A DNA stretch of 64,000 nucleotides from an uncultured Isosphaeraceae bacterium (lineage in GTDB: Bacteria > Planctomycetota > Phycisphaerae > Phycisphaerales > SM1A02). The notes beneath the pieces were generated by a model. It saw only the letters and a program-made list of their open reading frames with translations. It was not told the DNA's origin and ran no database searches. Location: assembly GCA_964385045.1 (NCBI GenBank), contig CAYLNM010000002.1, positions 12,867-76,866 of the forward strand. Direction: 5' to 3'. Made by a program: the position numbers and the translations under genes. Position 1 is the first letter of the stretch. Every line of letters begins with the position of its first letter. Positions 1 through 10,157 of the stretch are shown piece by piece.

Positions 1-1
1 C

Positions 2-1708
2 CCGACCACCGGTCCCCGCTCGCTCGACCCGGTGGCCGGCAGCTCGACCCTCGACAACCGCGGCGTCGTGCAGGCCTACGAGACGCTCATGCAGTACTCG
101 TACCTGAAGCGGCCGATCGAGCTCGAGCCGCTGCTGCTCGCGTCGATGCCCGAGGAGCTCGACGGAGGCCTGCGCTACCGCTTCACGCTCCGCGACGACG
201 TCACGTTCCACGACGATCCCTGCTTCCCGGACGGCGAGGGACGCCGCCTCGTCGTCGACGACGTCTTCTACTCGTGGAAGCGGCACGCGGACCCCGCCAA
301 CGGCTACCGCAACTGGCCGATCCTCTCGGGTCTGATCGTCGGGTTCGACGACTACCGGGACGAGCAGGCCGATCGCGTCGCCTCCGGCCTGCCGTTCGAC
401 TACGACGCCCCGGTGGAGGGGCTCGTCAAGCTCGACGACCGCCGCTTCGAGGTCGTCCTCACGCACCCCAACCGGGTCTTCCTCAAGAAGATCTCGATGT
501 TCCAGATGTCGATCGTGCCCCGGGAGGCGGTCGAGCACTACGGCGACCGGATCAACTCCCATCAGGTCGGCACCGGCCCCTTCCGCTTCGTCGAGTGGCT
601 GCCGGGCTCGCGCATCGTGTGGGAGCGCAACCCCGAGTACCGCCCCGCGTTCTATCCGAGCGAGGGCGAGCCGGGCGATGCCGACCGCGGGCTGCTCGAC
701 GCCGCGGGCGAGCGGATCCCGTTCGTCGACCGGCTCGAGATCCACTGCTTCGTCGAGACCAATCCGCAGTGGCTCGAGTTCATCTCGGGCAACCTCGACT
801 TCACGACCGTGCCGCAGTCCGCCTACTCGGAGGCCTTCGACGAACGCACCGGCCGGCTCGGCCGCGACTGGCAGCGGCGCGGCGTCGACGCCCAGCTCAT
901 CCAGCTCGGCGACTTCATCTATCGCGGCTTCAATCTCGACGACCCGGTGATCGGCGGCACCGAGCCCGAGGACGTCGCGCTGCGGCGGGCCATCGCCCTG
1001 ACGATGCCGCTCGAGGAGATCAACGACAGCCGCTACAACGACCTGCCGCTGATCTACGACGGCTTCCTGCCGCCGATGCTCGACGGCCACCTGCCCGCCG
1101 GGACCCTCGACCCGCCCCACCGCGGCGTCGATCTCGAGCGGGCCCGCGAGCTGCTCGTCGAGGCCGGCTACACGGTGGTCGACGGCGAGGTCACCGACCT
1201 GCCGCCCCTGGACTTCTGGACCAACCGCGGGGCCGCCAACGAGCAGGTCTTCGAGATGTGGGAGCGGGTCTTCACGCAGGTGGGCATCCGGATCAACCCG
1301 CGCTACGTCGACTTCGCCAACCTGACGCAGGCCCTCGACGACTCGAAGGCCCAGATGTTCGGCCTCGCCTGGGGCGTCTACTACCCGCACCCCGAGGCGC
1401 TGATGCGGATCTTCTACGGCCCCAACGCGGCCCCCGGCTTCAACGCCTTCAACTTCCGGAACGACGCGTACGACCGGCTCTACGAGGAGATGGTCCTGAT
1501 GGAGCCGGGCCCCGAGCGCACCGCGGTCCTCCGCCGCATGCAGGAGATCGTCAACGACCACTGCGTGTTCATCGGCTCGCAGGCACGGGTCCGGCCCTAC
1601 CTCGCCCACCCGTGGCTGCGGAACTTCAAGGCGATCGAGGGCTTCTACACCATCTACAAGTACCTCGACGTGGACATGGACCACCCCGACCATCCGTCGA
1701 ACCGCTGA
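2..1708 (+). CDS. ABC transporter substrate-binding protein, family 5 (Opp/Dpp type); N-terminus cut by window edge
   Basis: Frame is open from nt 2 (PTTGPRSLDPVAGSS...) and stops at 1706-1708. Long blocks are identical to the paralog at 2019..4010 (YSYLKRP.ELEPLLL.SMP, RYRFTLRDDV.FHDDPCF, VGTGPF.FVEW, NPRYVDFA.LTQALDDSKA). Codons are GC3-rich. Confidence 0.9.
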   Translation, partial: PTTGPRSLDPVAGSSTLDNRGVVQAYETLMQYSYLKRPIELEPLLLASMPEELDGGLRYRFTLRDDVTFHDDPCFPDGEGRRLVVDDVFYSWKRHADPANGYRNWPILSGLIVGFDDYRDEQADRVASGLPFDYDAPVEGLVKLDDRRFEVVLTHPNRVFLKKISMFQMSIVPREAVEHYGDRINSHQVGTGPFRFVEWLPGSRIVWERNPEYRPAFYPSEGEPGDADRGLLDAAGERIPFVDRLEIHCFVETNPQWLEFISGNLDFTTVPQSAYSEAFDERTGRLGRDWQRRGVDAQLIQLGDFIYRGFNLDDPVIGGTEPEDVALRRAIALTMPLEEINDSRYNDLPLIYDGFLPPMLDGHLPAGTLDPPHRGVDLERARELLVEAGYTVVDGEVTDLPPLDFWTNRGAANEQVFEMWERVFTQVGIRINPRYVDFANLTQALDDSKAQMFGLAWGVYYPHPEALMRIFYGPNAAPGFNAFNFRNDAYDRLYEEMVLMEPGPERTAVLRRMQEIVNDHCVFIGSQARVRPYLAHPWLRNFKAIEGFYTIYKYLDVDMDHPDHPSNR

Positions 1709-2018
1709 GCCGCGCGGCGCGTCCCGGCCCGGCGGCGGAACGTCCGGCCGGCGCCACGGGTCCGCCCCGCGACGGCCCCCCACCCGCGCCCGCCCACGGC
1801 GTGGGGAGGCGGCCGGACGATTCGCGCGAGTCCCCGGTTCACGGACGGTTGTGCCCCCCATCGCCGACGTCTAGACTGCGGGGCCGTTCCCGACCGGCCC
1901 CCGCACATCCGGGGCCGGCGCCCCTGGCGCGCGTGCGCGCCGATCGCGCCGCGGCGATGGCCACGACCGGCCTCCGCGGCACCCCCCACGCGACGCCCCA
2001 TGCGGGGCGGGAGGCCAC

Positions 2019-4010
2019 GTGACCACCCTCGAGCATCGGACCGCGATCGCCTCGCCCATTCCCTCTCCCTCGCCCGCGTCCGCGGCGTCCCGCGTCGCCC
2101 CCGGCGCGCGGCAGGGTCGCCGCCGGGTCCGGCGCGTGCTCGCCGGGGCCGGCAGCCTGCTGATCGCGGCCGCCCTGACCGCGTGCGGCGGTGGTGGCGG
2201 CGGGGACGGCGGCGGCGGCGGCGACGACGCGACCGCGACCACCACCTCCGCCGGCGACGACGCAGACCGGCGCAGCGACGGCCCGCTCAAGGTCATCCGC
2301 ACCCCGATCACCACCTCGGGTCCCCGGTCCCTCGATCCGGTCCGCGGCAGCTCGACCTACGACAACCGGGCCGTCGTCCAGTCCTACGAGACGCTGCTGC
2401 AGTACTCGTACCTGAAGCGCCCGCTCGAGCTCGAGCCCCTCCTGCTCGAGTCGATGCCGGTGGAGCTCGACGGCGGCACCCGGTACCGCTTCACGCTCCG
2501 CGACGACGTCTACTTCCACGACGACCCGTGCTTCGAGGGCGGCGAGGGCCGCCGGCTGGTCACCGACGACGTCTTCTACTCGTGGAAGCGGCTCGCCGAC
2601 CCGGCGTACGCGCTGCAGAACTGGCCCCGGGTCGACAACATGATCGTCGGCTTCAACGAGTACAAGGACGAGCAGGGCGAGCGGGTCGCCGCGGGCGAGG
2701 ACTTCGACTACGACGCCCCGGTCGAGGGCATGGTCAAGATCGACGACCGCACCTTCGAGATCCTCCTGCCCGAGGCCAACCGCCAGTTCCTCTTCAAGAT
2801 CGCCACGTTCCAGATGGCGATCGTGCCCCGCGAGGCGGTCGAGTACTACGGCGACCGCATGAACTCGCGGATGGTCGGCACCGGTCCGTTCAAGTTCGTC
2901 GAGTGGATCGCCGGCTCCCGCATCGTGTGGGAGCGCAACCCCGAGTACCGCGAGGTCGTCTATCCGTCCGAGGGCGCCGAGGGCGATGCCGACGCGGGCC
3001 TGCTCGACGCGGCGGGCACCCGCCTGCCGATCGCCGACCGCCTCGAGATCCACTTCTTCGTCGAGTCGAACCCGATGTGGCTCGAGTTCAAGGCGGGCAA
3101 GATGGACTTCGTGACCGTGCCGCAGGCCGCCTTCGAGGAGGCCTTCGACGTGCGCACCGGTCAGCTGAGCCGCGACTGGCGGCTCCGCGAGATCGACTAC
3201 CAGCCGATCCCGCTGGCCGACTTCATCTACCGCGGCTTCAACATGGAGGACCCGCTCGTCGGCGGCTACTCCCGCGAGAAGATCGCCCTCCGCCGCGCCA
3301 TCGCCCTCACGATGAACCTGCAGGAGATCAACGAGAGTCGCTACAACGGCCTGCCCGTCATCTACGACGGCTGCGTGCCGCCCGGCGTCCCGGGCCACCT
3401 GCCCGCGGGCACCTTCGATCCGCCGAACCGCGGCCCGGACTTCGAGCGCGCCCGCGAGCTGCTGGTCGAGGCCGGCTACACGGTCGAGGACGGGCTGGTC
3501 ACCGACCTGCCGCCGATCGACATGTACACGAGCCGCGGCACCGAGAGCGAGGCCAACGTCGAGATGTGGCAGCGCAACCTCGCGCGGGTCGGCATCCAGA
3601 TGAATCCGCGGTACGTCGACTTCGCGGCCCTGACGCAGGCCCTCGACGACTCCAAGGCCCCGATGTTCAGCCTCGCCTGGGGCATGGCCTACCCGGACGC
3701 GGAGTACAACCTCCAGCTCTTCTACGGCCCGAACCAGGCCCCCGGCCCCAACGCGTTCAACTTCAGCAACGACGAGTACGACGAGCTCTACCTGCGCATC
3801 AAGACGATGCCCCCCGGACCGGAGCGGGACGCCGTCTACCGCCGCATGCAGGAGATCGTCAACGAGTACTGCGTGTTCGTCGGCTCCCAGGCCCGCGTGC
3901 GGCAGTACCTGATCCACCCGTGGCTGATGAACTACAAGGCCACCGAGAGCTTCTACAACTTCTTCAAGTACCTCGACGTGGACATGGACCACCCGGAGCG
4001 CCCGGAGTGA
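2019..4010 (+). CDS. ABC transporter substrate-binding lipoprotein, family 5 (Opp/Dpp type)
   Basis: 663-aa ORF. N-terminal signal peptide with lipobox LTAC, followed by a Gly/Asp linker. The rest is collinear with the upstream paralog and carries SBP_bac_5-like motifs. Confidence 0.9.
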   Translation: MTTLEHRTAIASPIPSPSPASAASRVAPGARQGRRRVRRVLAGAGSLLIAAALTACGGGGGGDGGGGGDDATATTTSAGDDADRRSDGPLKVIRTPITTSGPRSLDPVRGSSTYDNRAVVQSYETLLQYSYLKRPLELEPLLLESMPVELDGGTRYRFTLRDDVYFHDDPCFEGGEGRRLVTDDVFYSWKRLADPAYALQNWPRVDNMIVGFNEYKDEQGERVAAGEDFDYDAPVEGMVKIDDRTFEILLPEANRQFLFKIATFQMAIVPREAVEYYGDRMNSRMVGTGPFKFVEWIAGSRIVWERNPEYREVVYPSEGAEGDADAGLLDAAGTRLPIADRLEIHFFVESNPMWLEFKAGKMDFVTVPQAAFEEAFDVRTGQLSRDWRLREIDYQPIPLADFIYRGFNMEDPLVGGYSREKIALRRAIALTMNLQEINESRYNGLPVIYDGCVPPGVPGHLPAGTFDPPNRGPDFERARELLVEAGYTVEDGLVTDLPPIDMYTSRGTESEANVEMWQRNLARVGIQMNPRYVDFAALTQALDDSKAPMFSLAWGMAYPDAEYNLQLFYGPNQAPGPNAFNFSNDEYDELYLRIKTMPPGPERDAVYRRMQEIVNEYCVFVGSQARVRQYLIHPWLMNYKATESFYNFFKYLDVDMDHPERPE

Positions 4011-4072
4011 TCCGGCCGGCGTCCCGGCGACCCCTTCCCCGTCCCCTCGCCGACCGGCCGGAGTCCTGATCC

Positions 4073-5059
4073 GTGTGGGCCTTCATCCTCCGTCGGATCC
4101 TGACGAACATCCCCGTCTACTTCGGGGCGCTGCTGCTCGTCTTCCTCGCCCTGCGGGTGCAGGATCCCGTGTACCAGTACCTCGGCCAGGACGCCGGCCC
4201 CGAGCAGTACGAGCAGCTGAAGAAGGACATGGGGCTCGACGCCCCGATGCCGATCCAGTTCGCCCGCTACGTCGGCGAGGCGGTGACCCTCAACTTCCAG
4301 GGCGACTCCTGGAACCAGAAGGGCACCTCCGTCGGCGAGATCCTGTCGCGTTCGGTGGTCCCGAGCCTGTCGATCACGATCCCCGCCCTGCTCCTGTCGA
4401 CGGTGATCGGCGTCTTCATCGCCCTGATCGCGGCGTACTTCCGCGGCCGGGCCCCCGACCGGGTGCTGATGATCGCGGCCGTGCTCGGCATGAGCATCTC
4501 GTTCCTGGTCTACATCATCTTCGGCCAGTTCTTCTTCGCCGCCATCCCGCGGGAGGCCGGCTTCGCGATCGCCCCCTTCGCGGTGCAGGGCTACGAGCCG
4601 TGGATCGCCTTCGGTGACGACGGCGGCCTGCGGCCCGGGCGCTGGATCGAGTACTGCCTGCTCCCGGTGATGATCAGCGTGATCGTCTCGATGGGCTACG
4701 ACACGCGGTTCTACCGCGCGGTCATGGTCGAGGAGACCGGCCGCGACTACATCACGACCGCGACCGCCAAGGGCGCGACCAAGCCCAAGATCATGTTCGT
4801 GCACATGCTCAAGAACGCCCTGATCCCGGTGATCACGCGGGTCATGAGCACGCTGCCGTTCGTGGTGATCGGATCCATCCTGCTCGAGATGTACTTCGGC
4901 ATCCCGGGCATGGGCCGCGAGATCATCACCGCGATCATCAACAAGGACTTCCCGCTGATCCAGGCGTTCGTCGCCGTCTTCGCGCTGATCTTCATCGCCA
5001 GCGTGATCCTGACCGACGTGCTCTACGCGATCGTCGATCCGAGAGTGAGGCTCTCCTGA
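4073..5059 (+). CDS. Peptide ABC transporter permease (DppB/OppB-like)
   Basis: GTG start giving MWAFILRRILTNIP, the typical DppB N-terminus. Multiple hydrophobic segments. EAA-like loop TATAKGATKPKIMFVHMLKNALIPVIT. Confidence 0.9.
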   Translation: MWAFILRRILTNIPVYFGALLLVFLALRVQDPVYQYLGQDAGPEQYEQLKKDMGLDAPMPIQFARYVGEAVTLNFQGDSWNQKGTSVGEILSRSVVPSLSITIPALLLSTVIGVFIALIAAYFRGRAPDRVLMIAAVLGMSISFLVYIIFGQFFFAAIPREAGFAIAPFAVQGYEPWIAFGDDGGLRPGRWIEYCLLPVMISVIVSMGYDTRFYRAVMVEETGRDYITTATAKGATKPKIMFVHMLKNALIPVITRVMSTLPFVVIGSILLEMYFGIPGMGREIITAIINKDFPLIQAFVAVFALIFIASVILTDVLYAIVDPRVRLS

Positions 5060-6423
5060 TGGGTGCGATCCGGCGACTCCTGGCCAGCCGCAGCTGGCGC
5101 AAGTTCACCGCCAACCGGCTCGCGATGGCGAGCCTCGGCATCATCGGGCTGTACCTCGTGGTGGCCCTCCTCGGCTTCCTCGGGGTCATCGACCGCGAGG
5201 ACACGCAGGTCCGCGTGCTGCCCGACCAGACGCCGGGCTTCCTCGAGCCGCAGGGCTTCACCGACCGGGCCACCGACGCCCGCTGGTACCTCGAGCGGAC
5301 TCGGCAGCGGGTGGACCGCGCCCTGGCCGACCCCGACGCGTACGAGCGGCTGATGTCCGAGCTCGCGCTCGCCGAGCGGACGGTGGCCGACGTGCCGCTC
5401 GAGGAGATGGTCCGGCTCTTCGAGGCGGCCGAGGCCCGGATGGTGGAGGTGGACGCCGCCCTCGACGTGCGGGACGAGGTCCTCGACGAGCAGCTCGACA
5501 TCGACCTGGCCCTGCAGCGGCTGGAGCGCCGGGACTTGGATCCCGAGCGCAAGGCCGCCCGCCGGGCCGAGCTCCTCGACGAGCGGGCCACGATCAGCGC
5601 CCGCCTGCCCGCGGCCGACGAGGCCGGGATCGCGGCGGTGGAGGACGTCAAGGCGGCGATCCTCGAGTTCCAGCCGATGCCGAGCGGCCTCGATGGCCTG
5701 TGGTACGGAGTGCGGACCTTCCTCGGCTCGGACGCCCAGGGCCGGTCGATCGCGATGAAGGCGCTGTTCAGCGTCCGGATCGCGTTCCAGGTCGGGCTGG
5801 TGGTGGCCATCATCTCGGTGCTGATCGGCACCGTGCTCGGCGCGTCGGCCGGCTTCTTCGGCGGCTGGGTCGACTACTTCGTGATGTACCTGGTGAGCGT
5901 CCTGAGCTCGATCCCGACGCTCGTGCTGCTCGGCGTGCTCGTCTACATGTTCTTCGGGCATCCGCTCTTCGACAATCCGGCCGAGCACCCGGGCCTCGCC
6001 CTCGTGCCGGTCTACTGCGCGATGTGCCTGACGTTCTGGGTCTCCACCTGCCGCGTGATCCGCGGCGAGGTGATGAAGATCAAGAGCCTCGAGTACGTGC
6101 AGGCCGCGACGTCGATCGGCTTCGGCCGCCTGTACATCCTCTTCAAGCACGTGGTGCCGAACACCGCCCACCTGATGTTCATCAATCTCAGCCTCCTCTT
6201 CATCGGCGCGATCAAGAGCGAGGTGATCCTGTCGTTCCTCGGCCTCGGCGTGAAGGGCCAGCCGAGCTGGGGCGTGATGATCAGCCAGGCCAAGGACGAC
6301 ATCAGCGTCTACTTCTTCTGGGAGGTCGTGACGGCCAGCGCCCTCATGTTCGGCCTCGTCCTCGCGTTCAACGTCGTCTCGGACGCGCTGCAGGACGCGT
6401 TCGACCCCAAGCACGTGAGCTGA
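5059..6423 (+). CDS. Peptide ABC transporter permease (DppC/OppC-like) with long insert after TM1
   Basis: ATG overlaps the upstream TGA (TGATG). The C-terminal 230 aa resembles OppC (YVQAATSIGFGRLYILFKHVVPN). About 180 aa of charged helical sequence lies between TM1 and TM2. Confidence 0.88.
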   Translation: MGAIRRLLASRSWRKFTANRLAMASLGIIGLYLVVALLGFLGVIDREDTQVRVLPDQTPGFLEPQGFTDRATDARWYLERTRQRVDRALADPDAYERLMSELALAERTVADVPLEEMVRLFEAAEARMVEVDAALDVRDEVLDEQLDIDLALQRLERRDLDPERKAARRAELLDERATISARLPAADEAGIAAVEDVKAAILEFQPMPSGLDGLWYGVRTFLGSDAQGRSIAMKALFSVRIAFQVGLVVAIISVLIGTVLGASAGFFGGWVDYFVMYLVSVLSSIPTLVLLGVLVYMFFGHPLFDNPAEHPGLALVPVYCAMCLTFWVSTCRVIRGEVMKIKSLEYVQAATSIGFGRLYILFKHVVPNTAHLMFINLSLLFIGAIKSEVILSFLGLGVKGQPSWGVMISQAKDDISVYFFWEVVTASALMFGLVLAFNVVSDALQDAFDPKHVS

Positions 6424-6429
6424 GCCGCC

Positions 6430-7563
6430 ATGAGCGACGCCCCCGCCCCCACGCCCCCGTCGCCCGAGCCCGCCGAGTCGGCGGCGCACGCCGAGTCGTC
6501 GGCCCCCGCCGGCGCCATCTCGGGATCCGGCCACTCGCGGCCGCCGCGGACGACCGAGCCGATCCTGAAGGTCCGGAGCCTCACGACGAGCTTCCGCACC
6601 GACCGCGGCCTCGTGACCGCGGTGGACGACGTCTCGTTCGAGGTCAGCCCGGGCGAGACCCTCGGCATCGTCGGCGAGTCCGGCTGCGGCAAGACCGTCA
6701 CCAGCAAGTCGATCATGCGGCTGCTGCCCGAGCACGTCACTCGCTACGGCAAGGAGAGCGAGATCCTCTACCGCGGCCGCAACCTCCTGAAGGCGGGCGA
6801 GCGGGAGATGCGGCAGGTCCGCGGCAACGGCATCGCGATGATCTTCCAGGAGCCGATGACGAGCCTGAACCCCGTGTTCACGGTCGGCTGGCAGCTCGAG
6901 GAGGCCCTGCGGTACCACACCCGCCTCGGCCGCCGCGAGCGGCGGCAGCGGGCGATCGAGATGCTCAAGCTCGTCGAGATCCCCAACCCCGAGCAACGGA
7001 TCGACGAGTATCCCCACCAGCTCTCGGGCGGCATGCGGCAGCGGGTGATGATCGCGATCGCCCTGTGCTGCGAGCCCGACATCCTGATCGCCGACGAGCC
7101 GACCACCGCCCTCGACGTGACGATCCAGGCCCAGATCCTGGACCTCATGAACCAGCTCAAGGACCGGCTCGACACCGCGATCATCCTGATCACCCACGAT
7201 CTCGGCGTGGTGGCCCAGGTGTGCGACCGGGTGCAGGTCATGTACGCCGGCCGCGTGATCGAGTCCGGCGACGTGATGGAGATCTTCCACCGCCCGCGGC
7301 ACCCGTACACCCAGGCCTTGCTCGAGTCGATCCCGAAGCGCGGGGCCAAGGAGCACGGGGCGCGGCTGCCCACGATCCCCGGCATCGTGCCGAGCCTCTG
7401 GGAGCTGCCGGACGGCTGCCGCTTCCAGGAGCGGTGTCCCTACAAGGAGCAGAAGTGCGTGGACGAGGAGCCGGAGCTCGTCGTCGACCCCGACGGGCAC
7501 GCCCGCCGGTGCCACTTCCCGCTCAACATGCCCGCCGACCTGACCGTGGGAGCCACGTCGTGA
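6430..7563 (+). CDS. Peptide ABC transporter ATP-binding protein (DppD/OppD-like)
   Basis: Walker A GESGCGKT, signature LSGGMRQR, Walker B ILIADEPTTALD, and the C-terminal oligopeptide-ATPase tail HPYTQALL...GCRFQERCP. Confidence 0.93.
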   Translation: MSDAPAPTPPSPEPAESAAHAESSAPAGAISGSGHSRPPRTTEPILKVRSLTTSFRTDRGLVTAVDDVSFEVSPGETLGIVGESGCGKTVTSKSIMRLLPEHVTRYGKESEILYRGRNLLKAGEREMRQVRGNGIAMIFQEPMTSLNPVFTVGWQLEEALRYHTRLGRRERRQRAIEMLKLVEIPNPEQRIDEYPHQLSGGMRQRVMIAIALCCEPDILIADEPTTALDVTIQAQILDLMNQLKDRLDTAIILITHDLGVVAQVCDRVQVMYAGRVIESGDVMEIFHRPRHPYTQALLESIPKRGAKEHGARLPTIPGIVPSLWELPDGCRFQERCPYKEQKCVDEEPELVVDPDGHARRCHFPLNMPADLTVGATS

Positions 7564-8597
7564 GCCTGCTCGAGGTCCGGGACCTGGTGAAGCACTTCCC
7601 CGTCCGCGGGGGCGTCCTCAACCGCGTGGTCGGCAAGGTGCACGCCGTCAACGGGGTGTCGTTCGACATCGCCCGCGGCGAGACCGTCGGCATCGTCGGC
7701 GAGTCCGGCTGCGGCAAGAGCACCCTCGGCAAGGCGATCATCCGGCTGCACGAGCCGACCTCGGGCAGCGTGAAGTACGACGGCGAGGAGATCGTCGGCC
7801 TGTCGCACCAGCAGATGATGGGCGTCCGCCGCAAGATGCAGATCATCTTCCAGGACCCCTACTCGTCGCTGAACCCGCGGCTCACGATCCGGGCCCTGCT
7901 CAAGGAGGCGATCCGCTTCCACGGCGTGGTGCCGCCGGCGGAGATGGACGACTACATCGTCGAGCTGATCCGCACCGTGGGCCTGCGGCCGGACGCGGCC
8001 GACAAGTTCCCGCACGAGTTCTCCGGCGGCCAGCGGCAGCGGATCGGCATCGCCCGGGCCCTGTCGGTCAAGCCCGAGTTCATGATCGCCGACGAGCCGG
8101 TCTCGGCCCTCGACGTGTCGATCCAGGCCCAGGTCCTCAACCTGATGATGGACCTCAAGGAGCAGTTCGGGCTCACGCTGATGTTCATCAGCCACGACCT
8201 CAAGGTCGTCGAGCACTTCTGCGACCGCGTCCTCGTGATGTACCTCGGCCACGTGGTCGAGGAGCTGCCCACCGACGACCTGCACGGCCGGGCCAAGCAC
8301 CCCTACACGCGGGCCCTGCTCGGGGCGAACCCGATCGACGACCCGCGGGACCGGCGGCCGCTCACGGTGCTGCAGGGTGACGTCCCGAGCCCCTTCAAGC
8401 CGCCCACCGGCTGCCCGTTCCAGACCCGCTGCCCGCGGGTGCACGACCGCTGCCGCGAGTCGATGCCGCCGCTGGTTCCGCTCGAGGCGGACGGCCGCAC
8501 CGAGCAGGTGGCCTGCTTCGCGGTGGAGGACGACCTCGCCGCCGGGCGTGCGCCGGGCGAGGCAGCCGAGGAGGCGGCGGCGGCCGCCCGCGACTGA
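7560..8597 (+). CDS. Peptide ABC transporter ATP-binding protein (DppF/OppF-like)
   Basis: GTG at 7560 overlaps the upstream TGA (GTGA). Walker A GESGCGKST, signature FSGGQRQR, Walker B MIADEPVSALD, tail HPYTRALL...GCPFQTRCP. The listed ORF 5700..8597 is the same frame extended upstream. Confidence 0.92.
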   Translation: MSLLEVRDLVKHFPVRGGVLNRVVGKVHAVNGVSFDIARGETVGIVGESGCGKSTLGKAIIRLHEPTSGSVKYDGEEIVGLSHQQMMGVRRKMQIIFQDPYSSLNPRLTIRALLKEAIRFHGVVPPAEMDDYIVELIRTVGLRPDAADKFPHEFSGGQRQRIGIARALSVKPEFMIADEPVSALDVSIQAQVLNLMMDLKEQFGLTLMFISHDLKVVEHFCDRVLVMYLGHVVEELPTDDLHGRAKHPYTRALLGANPIDDPRDRRPLTVLQGDVPSPFKPPTGCPFQTRCPRVHDRCRESMPPLVPLEADGRTEQVACFAVEDDLAAGRAPGEAAEEAAAAARD

Positions 8598-8713
8598 CGG
8601 ACCCGCGGGGCGCCGACGGCGACGGCGGCGACGGCGGCGGCAGCCGCCCGCGACTGGCGGACGCGTCGGGGCCGGCGACGGCGGCGGCGGAGACAGCGGC
8701 GGCGGAGACAGCG
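8583..8713. repeat. Direct repeats spanning the oppF-like stop codon
   Basis: gccgcccgcgactgAcggac at 8583 is repeated as gccgcccgcgactgGcggac at 8643, a 60-bp period. This is followed by the tandem ggcggcggagacagc x2 at about 8684-8713. Confidence 0.7.
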
Positions 8714-8798
8714 GCCCGGTCGCCGCGCCGGGGGCCGCGTGGCCGCGGCCGCACGCGGCCGCACGCGGCGGCACGCACCCGGGCCCCCCCACGATCCT

Positions 8799-10157
8799 TC
8801 ACCGGGACTCGGACGGCCCCGGCTCGCCGGCCGGGCGATCGGCGTGCTCGCGCCGCATCCGCTCGCTGTCGGCGGCGTCGCGGGCCCGCTCCACCGGCCG
8901 CTCGCCGCGGCCGATCGCGGTCGTCCCGAAGCGGGAGCGGATCGCGTCGGTGGCGGCGTCGAGTCGTCGTCGCCGCTCGTCCTCCGCGGCCGCGAACAGG
9001 TCGACCTGCCGCCCCCCGTCCGGGTCGGCGAGGCCGCTGACCGTGGCGCCGACGAGCCGCACCGGGCGCCAGGACGTCCGGGCCCACGCGGCGAGGAGGC
9101 CGAGGGCCCGCTCGATCACGATGTCGGTGCGGTCGGTCGGCTCGGGGGCGGTGGTCGATCGCGTGACCGTCTCGAAGTCGCCCGAGCGGATCTTCACCGT
9201 GACCGTACGGGCCATCCGGCCGTGACGACGCAGCCGCTCGGCCACCTCCTCGCACTGCTCGATGAGGAACGGCCGCACGTCGCCGAGACGGGCGAGGTTC
9301 TGCCCGAAGGTCCGCTCGCTGCCGATCGACTTGGCGACGCGGTCCGGCCGCACCGGCCGCTCGTCGAGCCCGAGGGCGAGCCGGCGAAGGTCGGCCGCGT
9401 GGCGCCCGAGGGCCGAGACCGCCGCGGCCTCGTCGAACCGCTGCAGGTCGCCGAAGGTCCGCAGCCCGAGGGCATGCAGCCGACGGGCGGAGGCCTCGCC
9501 CACTCCCCACAGCCGCTCGATCGGCAGGGCGGCGACGCGGCCGGCGACGTCGGCGCGGGACAGCACCACGAGGGCGTCGGGCTTCTCGAGCCCGCTCGCG
9601 AGCTTGGCGAGGAACATGTTGGGGGCGACGCCGACCGAGCAGCCGAGCCCGGTGTCGGTCCGTACCCGCTCCCGGATCGCGGCCGCGATGGCCGGCCCCT
9701 CGCCGTGAAGCCGGCGCGAGCCGGTGACGTCGAGGAAGGCCTCGTCGATCGACAGCGGCTGCACGAGCGGCGTGAAGTCGCCGAGGATCGCCATCACGCG
9801 GCGGCTGAGCGCCGCGTAGCGGTCGCGGCGGCCACCGACCACGACCGCGTCCGGACAGCGGCGACGGGCGACGGCCATCGGCATCGCCGAGCGGCAGCCG
9901 AAGACGCGGGCCTCGTAGCTCGCCGCCGCGACCACGCCGCGGGGCCCGTCGTGCCCCACGAGCACCGGCCGACCCCGCAGCGCCGGATCGTCGAGCTGCT
10001 CCACCGACGCGAAGAACGCGTCCATGTCGACGTGGAGGATGGTGCGGTCGTCCACCGCGGTCGCCGGGGCGGCAGCCCCGGCCGCAGCCCGGGCGGGAGT
10101 CGAGGGGACGCGGTCCGGCCGGGCGCCGCCGGCCGCGCGGGGAGCCTCGCCGCTCAT
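8799..10157 (-). CDS. dinB: DNA polymerase IV (Y-family)
   Basis: [15 protein letters not shown], then GRPVLVG...[23 protein letters not shown], and the C-terminal little-finger region. ATG at 10157 forms an ATGA overlap with the yidD stop. Confidence 0.9.
   Translation of the reverse strand: MSGEAPRAAGGARPDRVPSTPARAAAGAAAPATAVDDRTILHVDMDAFFASVEQLDDPALRGRPVLVGHDGPRGVVAAASYEARVFGCRSAMPMAVARRRCPDAVVVGGRRDRYAALSRRVMAILGDFTPLVQPLSIDEAFLDVTGSRRLHGEGPAIAAAIRERVRTDTGLGCSVGVAPNMFLAKLASGLEKPDALVVLSRADVAGRVAALPIERLWGVGEASARRLHALGLRTFGDLQRFDEAAAVSALGRHAADLRRLALGLDERPVRPDRVAKSIGSERTFGQNLARLGDVRPFLIEQCEEVAERLRRHGRMARTVTVKIRSGDFETVTRSTTAPEPTDRTDIVIERALGLLAAWARTSWRPVRLVGATVSGLADPDGGRQVDLFAAAEDERRRRLDAATDAIRSRFGTTAIGRGERPVERARDAADSERMRREHADRPAGEPGPSESR

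Noticed and set aside
1839-3992. 717-aa minus-strand ORF antisense to the second substrate-binding protein gene. ORFs 5023..7515 and 7440..8792 are similar, lying antisense to the permease and ATPase genes.
   Set aside because: These are shadow ORFs typical of high-GC DNA. Their translations are Arg/Gly/Val/Asp-rich with no motifs, while the opposite strand encodes clearly recognisable ABC components.
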